A stretch of DNA of 63,030 nucleotides, counting the filler, from Malassezia furfur (lineage: Eukaryota), in assembly GCA_052055015.1 (NCBI GenBank). It is 3 parts of 3 records of this genome, joined end to end, with 100 filler letters (N's around TTAATTAATTAA, not from the genome) between each part and the next. Parts side by side here need not be neighbours in the genome. Positions count along the whole stretch, not along the records: positions 1 to 20,979 come from JBQJIT010000171.1; 2 more parts are not named here. One strand, written 5' to 3'. This document shows, piece by piece, positions 1 to 11,646 of the stretch (positions within the stretch are counted from its first letter, which is position 1; each line of letters begins with the position of its first letter). The notes below the pieces were generated by a model. That model was not told where the DNA came from and did no database searches. It saw nothing but the letters and a program-made list of their open reading frames with translations. Position numbers and translations under genes: made by a program.

Positions 1-348
1 GCCAGGCGGCAAGGCGGCGCCGGGCAAGTGCACGGGCACCGCGACGCCGCCCGCCGACGCGCCGCGCGAGAGCTGGCTAAGCTCGTACCAGAGATCGCTC
101 ACGAGTCTCGCCAACGGCAGCGCGCGCTCCCAGGCGCAGATCAACATGCAGCTGCTTCACAAGCGCGACGAGATCCTCGCCAAGTACGTTGCACATGCAC
201 TCACACAGCCTCGGCGAGGGGATGAGCGACTTGGAGCGCAGCGCAAAGGACTTCCTGAAACAGTACGTCTCGTGACTCATGCAGAACGCGCAACTCGGCA
301 CTCAAGGCGGCCGCGCGCGACAAGTTTGACAAGTACGCGAGTATGTAG
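1..348 (+). CDS. 3' end of a tomosyn/Sro7 (lethal giant larvae family)-like protein with a C-terminal R-SNARE-like motif; 5' truncated
   Basis: Removing introns 184-208 (25 nt) and 263-284 (22 nt) gives ...QINMQLLHKRDEILANLGEGMSDLERSAKDFLKQTRNSALKAAARDKFDKYASM*, which resembles the tomosyn C-terminal SNARE helix. Confidence 0.55.
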
Positions 349-478
349 CGAGGTAGCCCACCGTGTCCCTGCACACGCACCGCACAAGCCTGGGCCGGCT
401 CACCGCCGCTGCCGACCAGCGCCCTCTCTTTCACTCCGCTTAACCCCCACCCCCGGCCTCCACCCGCACCCCTCCACC

Positions 479-3400
479 ATGGCGCCGCACGCGTGCCGCA
501 CGGCGCTCGAGGCCGTCGCAGCCTCGGCGGCGGACCTCGACGCGTGCTATGCCGCCTGGAACGCACACTCGTACGGGTGGCATGCGGGGCCCGAGTTTGC
601 ATGCGGCCCCGCGACGCAGGGGTGGAGCGCGGTCGTCGACGGGCAAAATGTCCACGTCGCGTCGCCAGCGCTCTGGCGCGTCGCCCTCCCGATCCGCGCC
701 GATGCCGCTCTCCCAAGCACGCCGCACCCGCTTGCGGGACTTGCGACCTTCCGCAATGCTGTCGACGCCGAGCTGCGGTTCCTCGAGCGCATCGAGGCAG
801 GCACCACCGCCGAATCCGCATCGAATGCGCGCTACCTCGTTGCGTTCTGGGCCGAAGTGCTCTACACGCTCCTAACGCGGGGAACCCTGCTCGCGCTCAA
901 CGCAGAAATCGCCACACGGACACGCACGGTGCGCATCTCGATTGTCGCGCCCAAGCAGTGGATCCGCCTCGTACCCATCCGGCGCGACGCACTGCGTGCA
1001 GAGTTCCGCGAAGCCGATGCCCTGCTGGATCTCGACGACCTTCCGCAAGACGACAGCGCAGCGATCGAGCAGTCGAGCATTTGGCAGATCGCATGCGACG
1101 TCGTGGCCGCCGCGGATGCGCAGGCACAACGCCCAGCGCTCACACTCGCTCTCGTGCGCCTAGACGAGCGCGATGCCGACATGGCGCCTGCCCCCTCCGG
1201 GCCGGCGTACTGGCATGCGTCCGAGGATGCGCGATTTGCGTGGCGCCTCGCTGCGCTTGTGCGCCGGATCCGCGCGCTCCATATCGATGTGCGCTTCGGC
1301 CCACGCAACGTCGCGACCGACACGCCGACCGTGGCCGACTCGTACCCTGCCTTGCCGCGTCCGCCAACGCTGCCCACGCTGCGTGCCACGCCGACACTCA
1401 ACCTGGATACGAGTGCACTGATTGCACTGGTCAGCGACTTGTCGCATGCGCGGCCGGGGCCGGACATGGAGCAGCGCCTCTCCTCCCACTCGAACCGCGC
1501 ACTCGCCGAGCAGTATGCGTACGAGCAGCAGTCCCCGCTGTGTGCTGCCCTGGCCGAGGCGTGTGCGCCGGTGACGCATCTCGTGGCCTCACCCACGTCG
1601 CTCGCCAAAATGCAGCAGATCGTGCACAAGCTTGGCTCGGACGATGAGCAGCGCCGCGCCGCAGCCCTATGCCACGGCAACGCCGTCCAGTTTTGGGCAG
1701 GCTCGCGGTGGGACGCCTCGCCGATTTCCACGCAGCTCGTGCTGCCCATCACGCGCGAGGTAGACGCATCGCACTCATACGCGGGCGACGCAACCACGCA
1801 CACGCTCGCATCACACATGCGCACGGCGCTCCAGGCGGCCGCTACATCGTCGGCGCGCGCCAAGACCCTGGGCGCCTCGCCCCACACTGTCGAGGCGCTC
1901 GAACTCGGCCTGGATGCATCGGTCACGACGCTGACGTCGCATGCAAACGGCGTCCAGCAGCTCGCCGCTGCTACGACCGACGCCCTCGACTCGGCAACGC
2001 ACCTCCCGCCATACACAGGCGCACCCACGACGGCCGCCCTCTGGCTCGTCCGACCCCGGTCGCTATGTGGTCCGTGCGCAACAGGGTCAGAGGCGCCGAG
2101 TCCCCCCGTGAAGCCGGTGGCCGACGTCGAGGACATGGCGCGAGTGTCCGAGGGATCCGACGTGCCCAGTTCGCCGTCGAGCACACAGTCTCCGCCCATG
2201 CGCGCGCCGCGCACGCGCCTTGCGCGCCTCGTGCGCTGGATCATCGGCCCGCCGTACTCGACGCTGCGCCCCATCCAGCACTACCCTTGGTGGCCGTTTG
2301 GTGCACTCGAGTCGCGCTTTGAGCATGCCACTGCGGCCCTTGCATGGCGTCCGCCGCCGCCGCAGTCGCACCTCCCAGCGTGGCTCACGCCGGACGACGA
2401 GGCGTTTGAGCTCCTCCCGCCGTCGACGCCACGTGCATCGCCGCCGACGCACCGCGGCGCGCTCTGGCTGAGCCGTGTGCATGCCACGTTCATGGTGAAC
2501 CGCGTGCACTATATCGCGCTAGTGTGCGTGTGTGTTGCGTGGCTGTTTGGCTTTGCAGTGCTCGTCGACCGCAACTGGTTCCATGCAGAGGTGGAGACAG
2601 TGCATGGGTGGACGTCGCCGCAGTACGTCGACTGCACCTCGACCTACTGGCTGCGCAACGCCGCGTGCGGACTGGATGGTGCCAAGTGTGCGCCGTTCGA
2701 GGCACCCGCGCAGCCATTCCGGTGCCCGAGCGGGTGCGCAAGCACCATACTGCTCAATCCCCGCACGGTCGGCGATGCCCAGTACAACTACCAGCCACTC
2801 GTCGTCGGCGGTGGGCCACACAACGCCACCTCCTTTACGCCGTACCGCGCCGACTCGTTCATCTGTGCGGCGGCCCAGCATGCGGGCGTGCTGGGCAGCG
2901 GCGGCGGCTGTGCGTCGCTGCGGCTCACCGGCGCCTATGCCAACTTTACCGCTAGCACCGCCCACGGCATCGAGAGTTTTCCCTTCGCAGGTACCTTTCC
3001 GTCGTCCTATGTCCTGGAGCGCGTGAACGGCAGAAACTGTGCCGACACGCGGTGGAAGACGTACGTGCTGGACGCTGTCTTCTCGGCAATCGTGGGCCTC
3101 GTCGTGCGGCCGCAGCCGATCGTGCTCCTCTTCATCCTGGCGATCGTGGGGTACTGGCATGTGAACCTCGTGTCCGAGTTGCGCGACTTCCCGCCGCCGG
3201 TCGGCGAGGCTGCGGGCGACTTTGGGCCGCACCTGTTTGTGACGTACGCGGCGTGGCGCATCGCCATCCGGTACGTCTGGCCAGCGTTTGCGCACGTGCC
3301 GCTCGAGTTTGGTATCGGCACGCTCGGCCTCTGGTGGCTCGGCGTGCTGCTCGATGTGGTGTTTGCGGACGTGCCACTGCAGCGGCTCGAGGGGCACGAT

Positions 3401-4114
3401 ATCACGCAGCAGCCGGGCGCTCTGCCCTCGCTCATCGTCATCATCATTGTGGTGGTGTGCGTCGCTATCAACCAGGTGCGCGTGATCCGCGCAGCAGGGT
3501 GTCTGCCAAAGTATCTCGCACTCTATATTATTGCGGGCGTCGCCATCGGCCTGTGCGCGACAGTGCCGGGCGAGGGCGTGCGGCTGCACCACTACATCAT
3601 CGGCATCGCTCTCCTGCCCGCGTGTGGCTTCCCGACGCGCATCTCGCTGCTGTGCTGTGCCTTTTTGTTTGGCATGTATACCAACGGTGTGGCGCGCTGG
3701 GGCTTTGATGGCCTCATCCAGGACGAGAGCGTGATCCAGGGCGACGCGACCGGCAGCTCGGCGCTCCCGGCGTTTGCAGTGCCGCCCACGACGGGTTCAG
3801 TGGTGCACTGGGACGCGATCCCTGCCGCGCTGCGTGCCACCTGGGACTCGTTCGTGCTGCTCGTCGACGACGTGGTGCGCTACCAGGGGTCCGGCACGCA
3901 GTTTGATCTGAACACGCTCTATTCGCAGTACAACACCTCGGGCTCGACCGATTCCCCGCTGCTGGGGACCAGTACGCTGACCAGCGCACTCGCCAATACC
4001 ACGCACTACCTGCGTCTTGCCTACGCCTCTGCGGGCTCGCCAGGCGACTTTACTATGCCCGCGCTCATGTGGATGAACGGCACATTTGTACCCCCGCCCG
4101 CTGGGCGCACATAG
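479..4114 (+). CDS. Long ORF: N-terminal DUF1308/UPF0415 (C7orf25-like) region in frame with an LCCL-domain polytopic membrane protein; possibly two genes
   Basis: ATG in CCACCATGG context at 479. TLNLDTSALIALVSDLSH and LWLVRPRSL resemble DUF1308 motifs. Downstream CGLDGAKC..F..FRCPSGC and YRADSFICAAAQHAGV (LCCL), several TM helices and RLHHYIIG. Second possible start at 2135. Confidence 0.7.
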   Translation: MAPHACRTALEAVAASAADLDACYAAWNAHSYGWHAGPEFACGPATQGWSAVVDGQNVHVASPALWRVALPIRADAALPSTPHPLAGLATFRNAVDAELRFLERIEAGTTAESASNARYLVAFWAEVLYTLLTRGTLLALNAEIATRTRTVRISIVAPKQWIRLVPIRRDALRAEFREADALLDLDDLPQDDSAAIEQSSIWQIACDVVAAADAQAQRPALTLALVRLDERDADMAPAPSGPAYWHASEDARFAWRLAALVRRIRALHIDVRFGPRNVATDTPTVADSYPALPRPPTLPTLRATPTLNLDTSALIALVSDLSHARPGPDMEQRLSSHSNRALAEQYAYEQQSPLCAALAEACAPVTHLVASPTSLAKMQQIVHKLGSDDEQRRAAALCHGNAVQFWAGSRWDASPISTQLVLPITREVDASHSYAGDATTHTLASHMRTALQAAATSSARAKTLGASPHTVEALELGLDASVTTLTSHANGVQQLAAATTDALDSATHLPPYTGAPTTAALWLVRPRSLCGPCATGSEAPSPPVKPVADVEDMARVSEGSDVPSSPSSTQSPPMRAPRTRLARLVRWIIGPPYSTLRPIQHYPWWPFGALESRFEHATAALAWRPPPPQSHLPAWLTPDDEAFELLPPSTPRASPPTHRGALWLSRVHATFMVNRVHYIALVCVCVAWLFGFAVLVDRNWFHAEVETVHGWTSPQYVDCTSTYWLRNAACGLDGAKCAPFEAPAQPFRCPSGCASTILLNPRTVGDAQYNYQPLVVGGGPHNATSFTPYRADSFICAAAQHAGVLGSGGGCASLRLTGAYANFTASTAHGIESFPFAGTFPSSYVLERVNGRNCADTRWKTYVLDAVFSAIVGLVVRPQPIVLLFILAIVGYWHVNLVSELRDFPPPVGEAAGDFGPHLFVTYAAWRIAIRYVWPAFAHVPLEFGIGTLGLWWLGVLLDVVFADVPLQRLEGHDITQQPGALPSLIVIIIVVVCVAINQVRVIRAAGCLPKYLALYIIAGVAIGLCATVPGEGVRLHHYIIGIALLPACGFPTRISLLCCAFLFGMYTNGVARWGFDGLIQDESVIQGDATGSSALPAFAVPPTTGSVVHWDAIPAALRATWDSFVLLVDDVVRYQGSGTQFDLNTLYSQYNTSGSTDSPLLGTSTLTSALANTTHYLRLAYASAGSPGDFTMPALMWMNGTFVPPPAGRT

Positions 4115-4138
4115 AATTGCACACGCGTGACCTCCACC

Positions 4139-4484
4139 ATGTCCGACGGCGGGGAAAGCTGCGAGGAGCTGCTGAACCTGCTGCACCAGCGCCTCGTGGC
4201 GACGGGCGAGTGGAATACGCTGCTTGCGCAGCTCCGGCAGCTGCTCGAGGAGAGCGAATGGGATACCCAGCTGCGCGACCAGGCTGAGCGTACGTGTCAC
4301 AATGCTCATCCAGGCGAGGCACGCGCGCAAGATCCGCTGCATCTGCCCACGCTTGTCGCCAAGCTCGGACCGTACGCCCAGAGTAGGTGCAATGTCTCAC
4401 ACAGAAACCTTGCCGAACTCGGTGCGCGATACCATGTCGGCCAAGATCCGCGACTTTCTCGACCGCAACCTCGAGGACGCCTAA
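4139..4484 (+). CDS. SUS1: SAGA/TREX-2 subunit Sus1/ENY2
   Basis: LHQRLVATGEWNTLLAQLRQLLEESEW...PYAQKTLPNSVRDTMSAKIRDFLD after removing introns 4290-4313 (24 nt) and 4383-4404 (22 nt). Confidence 0.85.
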
Positions 4485-4537
4485 GTGGTGCTACTCCACG
4501 CGCCGCGCAAGGGCGCGTCCGCGGCGTTGGGCGGTTT

Positions 4538-5188
4538 CTATGGCGTGACCTTGGTTTCAGACCAGTGCTCCTCCGTGCGCTCGTACACGGTGCGCTTCAT
4601 CTCAGCGAGGTCCAAAACATCGACTTTGTGCGGCTCGATGAGCAACAGTGCGAAGCTGCGTCAGCGGCACACCCCATACCTTGTAGGAATAGAAGAGGCG
4701 TCAACTTCGGGCGGCGGCGCATGCGCCGCGTCCGCTAGCGGGACACCGGGGGGTGCACCTCGGAACGTGTCCTGCAAACCAGGACCCAGCGCATGCCACA
4801 CACGCTCGCGCTCCGCGTCGAGGTCCCCCGACTCGAGCCCCCGCCAGGCATGCTCGGCATGCGGAAGGACAGTGGCTGTGCCACTGATGCGGAACTGTGT
4901 GAGCTAATGCCTTACCTGGACTTTGGCTGGCGCAATCCACCACGCCAGTTCGACGGCCGGCTGCGCACGGATCTCCTCAACCTTGGGGGCACGGACGTCG
5001 GTCGTCGTGACTAGCGTTGTGCTGTCGCGCAGAAAGCCGCGGTGCACGACATGGCGTACGTGCGGCGCTCCACCACACACGGATGCTAATGCGTAATAGC
5101 CTACATAAGTACGACACGTACCCGCTGAGCGGTCGCCCTTCGGATTGGCCAGTGCCTCTTGAATCCGCGCTTTCCAGGCCGGGATCAT
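4538..5188 (-). CDS. Pyridoxamine 5'-phosphate oxidase-like FMN-binding split-barrel protein
   Basis: PHVRHVVHRGF, TTDVRAPKV, ELAWWI...QFRISG, FALLLIEPHKVDVLDL, W...VTP; introns 5101-5121, 4895-4915, 4656-4679. Confidence 0.8.
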
Positions 5189-5252
5189 CGCGCTAATGGA
5201 GGTGCGCCCTATTAGATTTCCCCATACTCCGCTTCCCCACTTTGAGACCACC

Positions 5253-7045
5253 ATGTACAAGTCGCTCTACAACGAACAGAAGCATCCGAGCGACCTGTCA
5301 TTACCGCAGTTTGTCTTTCGGTATCTCGACAAAGACAGGAACGAGGTACCGATTTTACACCCTTCTCCGTTCGGCTCGCGCAGCGAGTCCAAGGCGCTCA
5401 CATTGCTCGACGTGCGCGACGGCGCGTATGCCATCGCCAAAAGTTTCCTATCGCCCGACTACCCGGGTGGGCCATGGAAAAAGGGGGAGGTCGTACTGTT
5501 TCTCACCGAAAACCAGGTATGTCAGCTCCAAAAAAAAATTAACGCAGCATGACTACCTCATGGTCTGCCTCGGTGTGATGCTAGCAGGCGGAATTCCAGC
5601 CTTGCTCAACCCGCAATTTACAGGGAATGAACTTCTTGTGATGATGAAGAAGGTGACCCCTCGCACAGTGTTTGCTTCGGCAGCGACGTTTGACGCGGCC
5701 GATGCAGCTGTAAAAGAATACGCACGGACCGCCGACTCTGTTCCGGTATACGTTTTTGAAGAGGACCACCCGCGCAGCCTGCAGAAGATCTTGAAAGAGC
5801 CTATGATGCAAACATCGCACGACATTGACGTGCCTTCATGCTCCCCAACGAAGGATACCGCCGTATACTGCTTCAGCTCCGGCACGTCGGGTATGCCCAA
5901 AGTCGTCTGTTTGTCGCACTTCAATGTCATCGCCAACGTAATCCAAACGGTCGCAACGCTCGGTGGCCGTATGAACAAACCGCGCTTTGACGATGCAGGG
6001 TGGTATGACCAGCCGCTGTTGCCTCCCCAAGACGGCACGAACGAGTTCCACTTGTCCATTCTGCCGCAGTTCCACTGCTACGGTCTGCTGATGGCCGTCG
6101 CTTCGCTGCACACATCCACGCCCTGTGTTGTATTCTCACGCTTCAAGGTGGATCACTTCTTTGAGGCAGTGCAGCGATACCGCGTGACGTTCATGTTTGT
6201 CGTTCCGCCTATGCTCATGGCGATGGCCACGTCGACTTTGGCGGAAAAGTACGACGTTTCGTCTATCCGCTCATTTGCGTCCGGCGCTGCATCACTGTCG
6301 AAGGAGCTTTGCGCCCTGGTATATAAGAAGAATGGCATCCCCGTCACCGATGGCTACGGTATGACGGAAATGTCCCCGCTTATTGCACTCCAGACCGAGG
6401 CAGACATTAAGCGGCATCATCTCGACGTTGGCCGTCTGGTCCCTAATACCGAAGCACGCATTATTGACATCGATACAGGGAAAGACGTCGAGCCCGGCGA
6501 GCCCGGTGAGCTCTGGCTGCGCGGTCCTCAGATGATGCTGGGGTATAAAGACAACGACGAGGCCAATGCCAAGGCATTTGTGCCCAACATGTCGGACCCG
6601 GAGCGCTTCTTCCGCTCCGGCGATGTGGTCTCCATTGACAAAGACGGTACGCTGTGCTGAGCTAACCCAGGCTACATAACCATCCGTGAGCGCATCAAAG
6701 ACGTGATTAAATATAACGGCTACCAGGTTTCCGCATCCGAGCTGGAGGATGTCGTGCGCGAAGTCGACATCGTCAAGGATGTCGCGGTCGTTGGCAAGAT
6801 CAAGAAGGACAACATTACCCGCAATGAGTTTCCGTGGGCCTATGTCGTGGTCAACAACGATGCCAAGAACCAGCCTGAGGAGGAACGCACAAGCAAGATC
6901 CTGGACTATGTGAATTCGCGGGTGCCCCCCTACAAGAAACTGCGTGGTTTGACTTGGATTGATTCGATCCCTACCAGGTATGTACCGCAATGCATAACAC
7001 AGCTCGGCTGGAAAAGTTTTGAAACGTGAGTTGGCAGACGAATAG
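5253..7045 (+). CDS. AMP-binding acyl-CoA synthetase, 4-coumarate-CoA ligase-like
   Basis: FSSGTSGMPK, GYGMTE, GELWLRGPQMMLGY, FRSGD, RIKDVIKYNG, IPTSSAGKVLKR; introns 5517-5547, 6647-6670, 6978-7002. Confidence 0.9.
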
Positions 7046-7052
7046 TGGGTAT

Positions 7053-8202
7053 CTAGGACATGCCGTGGACTTCCATGAGACGCAAAGTGTCGACATCGGG
7101 CACCACGCCTTTCTGCTGCATCATGTAAGCAACCACGTTCCAGGCATTGGAGCGTACGGCCGTCTGGAGGTGGGTGGTATCCAGCTTCAAGCGGTCCTCC
7201 AGTCGTCGGCGCTTTGTCCGCCCGGGCTCAGCACTTTTACGGGGAGAGGGACGTGGCCGGCGCATGCGCAGCGCAACGATGGTGTGCATTGTCTCTGATA
7301 GCGAGTGTACTTGTTGTTTCCACTGTGCCTCGAGCTTGTCGTCACGCTCAACAAGCATGCGCAGACCTTCGAGCCAGCCCTTTTTGGAGGCTAGCTGCAA
7401 TGCAAAGCCTTGTTTCAAACCAGGATCAGCGCCGACCGCAAGGAGAAAGCAGATGATCGGCATGCTCATGCGATGAACAGCCATGGCCAGTGGGTAGCCT
7501 TGTAGAGAGTTCGGCGATGCGCGATGCAACAGCACCAGTCGAAGAAGCAATTCGAGATGGGCCAGTGGCGGCCGTGGCATCGATGCCTCTCTGTGCGCTG
7601 ATGGGACCATGGCATTGATCGTATCCACCATGGTCCGCAGAGGCGCTTTCAGGTGTTCTGGTACTGTTACCAGCTCCTGCTCTGTGTCGACCGTAGTAAT
7701 GGCACGGAGAATGCGCTCGGGTACGGTGTGGCATGCCAGATGCAGAGGATACAAACATGGCTTCCCCATAGGAAACAGACCATGCAGCTGGCATATATTT
7801 CCGCACATTGTAGTGCGTAGGATGTACTTTTCCACGACACCTAGAAGTTCCGGCGTGCAGATCCCAAAACGTGCAACGTACGACAGAATGTCACATGTGG
7901 CTGCCCGGCGCTGGGGAATTAGTGATCCAGAAGGCGGGTACGTCGTTGGGACAAACTTGGTAGCAAGATCTGGAATACTGGCATCGGCACGCTGACCTCG
8001 CGTGAAACGTAGTGCATAGGAGTCGAGCCAGGTGCAAAGCAGATACTCGCAGAGAATTAATCGCGGGGCTTGTGCACAGGCATATAGGGTATAACGACAC
8101 ACGTAGGGTAGCGATGGGCTCCTTGAAAATATCAATATTCTCCAAAGAAGCTTGATCAGACGCCGCAAAACCTACCTCGACCGGAAGCAGGGACAAACCC
8201 AT
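7053..8202 (-). CDS. Hypothetical protein with an F-box-like N-terminus and ankyrin-like repeats
   Basis: MGLSLLPVE|LLWRILIFSRSPSLP after intron 8151-8175; GYPLAMAVH...FLLAVGADP...ALQLAS repeats. Confidence 0.6.
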
Positions 8203-8284
8203 CCCTGCATCGTGTGCCTTTCGAGGTGCCTTGCCAAAAATTTGCTCATGTGGAGGTTGCCCCACGTCGTCTACGGCCGGCGCG

Positions 8285-11200
8285 ATGCTGTTCGAGCCGC
8301 TGTTATCGAAGGCACGCACGTCATGGCAGAGGACATGGGTAACCCACCTCTATGACATCCTCCCACCCGTACTCTTCAACATATCACTGCTCCCGTTTGT
8401 ATTTGTAAAGGTGCTGTCAAACTGGCTTGGAAAGCATTCCTTTTTCTGCTTTATTTTGGCGCATCTTGTGTACTATCCGGGCGGGAACACTGTTGGCGCA
8501 CACGTGGAGCAGGTTGTACTGGGTACCGTGCTGAGTACATTATGTCTGGGACTATCATACCTCATTGTCTGTATCCAAGTCTGGATCGATGAGCCAAACC
8601 CCATCTACACCAGCAAGAAAACAAGAGCGCTCGGAGCATGTTACCTCATTGCTGTATTCTTTTTTGCGGGCATAGTATGGAGTAAAGTACCGCGACTTAG
8701 GACCCCGTTGCGTGCATTGATGTTTGTGCAAGTCTGGGCACTCACTGGCTCGTCGTCAGTAATCAACTCTGAGAACTTCACGCAACTCTTCTACCCTCTC
8801 ATTGTGACAGCAGGGCTTAGCTTTGCGGCCAACATTTTGTTTCCTCGAACGGGCCGTGATGCATACTTTCAGGCTGCATGTCGTGGGCTCAAAACAACCA
8901 TGAAAGTGGTCGATGTCGCAGTCGAGAATTTCGACTCCGAGCTGCGGCAGTGGTTGGTACGAAGCCACTTGGCACTTGAGTCGCATGGGAAAAGGAGTCT
9001 TCCCCCACCTCCTATCCAATCTTCGGAATTCATTCAACTTCGGAAGTCTATTGATGAATGCATTGGCCTAATGCGCCTGGCTGTCGCTGCAACTACACAT
9101 GAGATTGCCTGGTGTCGCGTACCAGTGTCAAATATGGCTGATGTGCTCGGCTATCTCGTCGACTTTAAAACATGGATCAGCTGTGGCTTTGGCCTAGAGG
9201 TTCCCTTGCTTCCGTTTGAATTGTCTACACGAAGGTACAAGTACCTGGACGAGGAAGAGGATGAGACGGCGTTTCGGGACACGGCCGCCTATGAACCGCA
9301 CCAGGATGTTGACGATACGCCTGAAAATACCCAACAAGATGAGGAGAACGTGCAGCCGTCCGCGCCATTTACTGCATCTGTCCCTACGAATGATGTTCCG
9401 GAGATCATGGGGCAGGAAAAGCCCATGAAAGAGCTCTATTCCGTCTTGCAAGATGCATTGGCAGCAGTGCTTGTCGTAACAGAAGTATCTTACGGACAAA
9501 ACCCTACCACAACGCGCCCTGGGACGCTTGAATTAGCCGAAGAACTGCAAAAACCCACAAAACGAAGTCGAGCTTGCCAAATCCTGTCAGAACGGAAAGA
9601 CGCATTGCAAAAGGCTATACAGAACAGCCGTGTCAAACTGCATAAAATGGTGCAGTCAAGGCAATGCCTCGTTGACAAATACCGTAACTCGTTCTTACAA
9701 GATGAAACCGCGCAAGAAGCAAAGTCGGAGGACAAGGCTCACACTGACCCCAATCTGCATTCGCCCTCCTTATTCCGCCCAGACATGTGTGCATTGTCAT
9801 TTTACTCGTTATCGCTCATCGAGGTATCTTACCGGACCATGCGCCTGCTAGAAAGCGCCTCTGATACGGTCGAATTTTACGAAAAGCACCCAAAGGACAA
9901 GATCCACTTCCCCGTGCTCAACTTCTCGAATTGGTTCTTTTCGTCAAGTGGGATCGGTCTTTTCCAAAATGTTTCTGAAAATACTATGGTAAACTCGGTG
10001 CATTCTTCTTCGAATGATGATGGTCAGGATGCGCCAAGTTCGCCGGACAAACCTTTCGAAAAGAAGGGCCAAGAAAAGAGCGAAGATGATCTGCCAGAGC
10101 TCTTCGATGATGTCAGGCGGACAAATATGTACCAAGCATATGCAATGAATACGGTACGCGCGTCCAACACTACCAGTTCTTTCGAACATAAGTTAAGGCG
10201 CCCCTTTCTCTTCAATGACATTCGCAATCTCGTTCATCGGTTTTCGCGTAAACCCAACGTCTTGCGTGCACGCATTCAAATATCCGCATTTTGCCGTCGG
10301 TGGAAAGAGTCGCGTCATGTGCGCTTTGGAATCAAACTGGCATCGGGAGTTGTCGTTCTGTGTATTCCAGCATTTGTGCTGCCTGGATCCGATTCTTGGT
10401 GGAGTAATAACCATGGGCAATGGATGGTGATTTCCTTCATCTGGTGCCTGGAGTCCTATACGGGAGACTCCATCCGCATGTCTCTGTGCCGCATCCTTGG
10501 AACGCTTTCAGGTGTGATCATGGGCATCATCTCCTTCGAGATTTCGCGTGGAAACAAGTACGGCCTGGGCGTCCTTGTGGTGCTCTGCGAAACAGTGGCT
10601 TCCAGCATTCGTATGCGTTCTTCTCTGCCTCCTCTTGGGACGGTCATGGGAGTTACGGTACCGGTCGTTGCCCTTGTGACCTTTTTCAACGAACACTATG
10701 ATACTGCTTGGCTTGTGGGCGTCACTCGTGGGTATATGATCTGCATTGGGATCGTCACCGCATTGATGATCAACACGTTTATGTGGCCCTATCATGCGCG
10801 GATCAAGTTGGGACAAAAGCTCTCATGGCTTGCCAGTGACTTGCAGACCATGTACATGAACATGACCAGGCATATGTTCTACGCTGGATTTTACGTCTCG
10901 CCTGAATCCCATGCTCGATTCGCCGACTTCGAGCAGAAGCTGCGCGCCAACATCAGCAAATGCTATCTGCTGATCAACGTGATGAACAACGAAATATCTC
11001 TGGTGCCCAAACCCACGGTGATTATGACGCAAATGCTTGTGCGATTGGAAAGCATCTTTGATTTGCTCGTTGGCCTGCGTTTGTGTCGTGAGCATGGATT
11101 GCAGAGTCTGCGCCAAAAGGTGATTTGGGATGTGGCCAACCTGCGTCAAGAACTGGCATCCACAGTGATGCTGAACCTCTGGATTATTGGACAGTCCATG

Positions 11201-11644
11201 CTGACACGTTCGCGTATGCCCCAGTTCTTGCCTTCGACCCGACGAACCCTAGAAGAGCTCACGGCGGCCCTGGCTTACAATCTTGGCGAAGTGTTTTACG
11301 ACCGAAGCCATAAGGAGGTCATTGTGCCGAGGGATTCGCGGCATATCTTCGATGCACCAAATCTACAATACAGGTCTCACGACTACTTCATGAAAACGCA
11401 GAGCCATTCTCGACCCCATGATTCTGTCGTGACGCTTCACCTGGCCGGCCGGACGCCTGCTGTGCCTTCGTCCGCTTGGGGCGAAGTTCCACCCAATAAT
11501 ACCCCAAGTGCGGATGGTGTGCTGTATCTGCTTTCAGAGCATGTACTTCTGTCCCAAATTGTCTCCTGTCTGGAAGCACTGCTCCACTTGAACCGGTATC
11601 TTCTCGGCGAATTGCAAATTGTACGCGCCGATCCAATTGTATAG
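8285..11644 (+). CDS. Aromatic acid exporter/FUSC-like (ArAE_2, Bre4-related) membrane protein
   Basis: ~1120-aa intronless ORF with two TM clusters; the second has RFGIKLA...GQWMVISF...TGDSIRMSLCRILGT and WPYHAR. Confidence 0.75.
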   Translation: MLFEPLLSKARTSWQRTWVTHLYDILPPVLFNISLLPFVFVKVLSNWLGKHSFFCFILAHLVYYPGGNTVGAHVEQVVLGTVLSTLCLGLSYLIVCIQVWIDEPNPIYTSKKTRALGACYLIAVFFFAGIVWSKVPRLRTPLRALMFVQVWALTGSSSVINSENFTQLFYPLIVTAGLSFAANILFPRTGRDAYFQAACRGLKTTMKVVDVAVENFDSELRQWLVRSHLALESHGKRSLPPPPIQSSEFIQLRKSIDECIGLMRLAVAATTHEIAWCRVPVSNMADVLGYLVDFKTWISCGFGLEVPLLPFELSTRRYKYLDEEEDETAFRDTAAYEPHQDVDDTPENTQQDEENVQPSAPFTASVPTNDVPEIMGQEKPMKELYSVLQDALAAVLVVTEVSYGQNPTTTRPGTLELAEELQKPTKRSRACQILSERKDALQKAIQNSRVKLHKMVQSRQCLVDKYRNSFLQDETAQEAKSEDKAHTDPNLHSPSLFRPDMCALSFYSLSLIEVSYRTMRLLESASDTVEFYEKHPKDKIHFPVLNFSNWFFSSSGIGLFQNVSENTMVNSVHSSSNDDGQDAPSSPDKPFEKKGQEKSEDDLPELFDDVRRTNMYQAYAMNTVRASNTTSSFEHKLRRPFLFNDIRNLVHRFSRKPNVLRARIQISAFCRRWKESRHVRFGIKLASGVVVLCIPAFVLPGSDSWWSNNHGQWMVISFIWCLESYTGDSIRMSLCRILGTLSGVIMGIISFEISRGNKYGLGVLVVLCETVASSIRMRSSLPPLGTVMGVTVPVVALVTFFNEHYDTAWLVGVTRGYMICIGIVTALMINTFMWPYHARIKLGQKLSWLASDLQTMYMNMTRHMFYAGFYVSPESHARFADFEQKLRANISKCYLLINVMNNEISLVPKPTVIMTQMLVRLESIFDLLVGLRLCREHGLQSLRQKVIWDVANLRQELASTVMLNLWIIGQSMLTRSRMPQFLPSTRRTLEELTAALAYNLGEVFYDRSHKEVIVPRDSRHIFDAPNLQYRSHDYFMKTQSHSRPHDSVVTLHLAGRTPAVPSSAWGEVPPNNTPSADGVLYLLSEHVLLSQIVSCLEALLHLNRYLLGELQIVRADPIV

Positions 11645-11646
11645 CA

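Noticed and set aside
146..478. N-terminal 111 aa of the 1322-aa ORF in the track
   Set aside because: Read-through from the upstream gene's last exons, introns and spacer; ATG 479 has the better context
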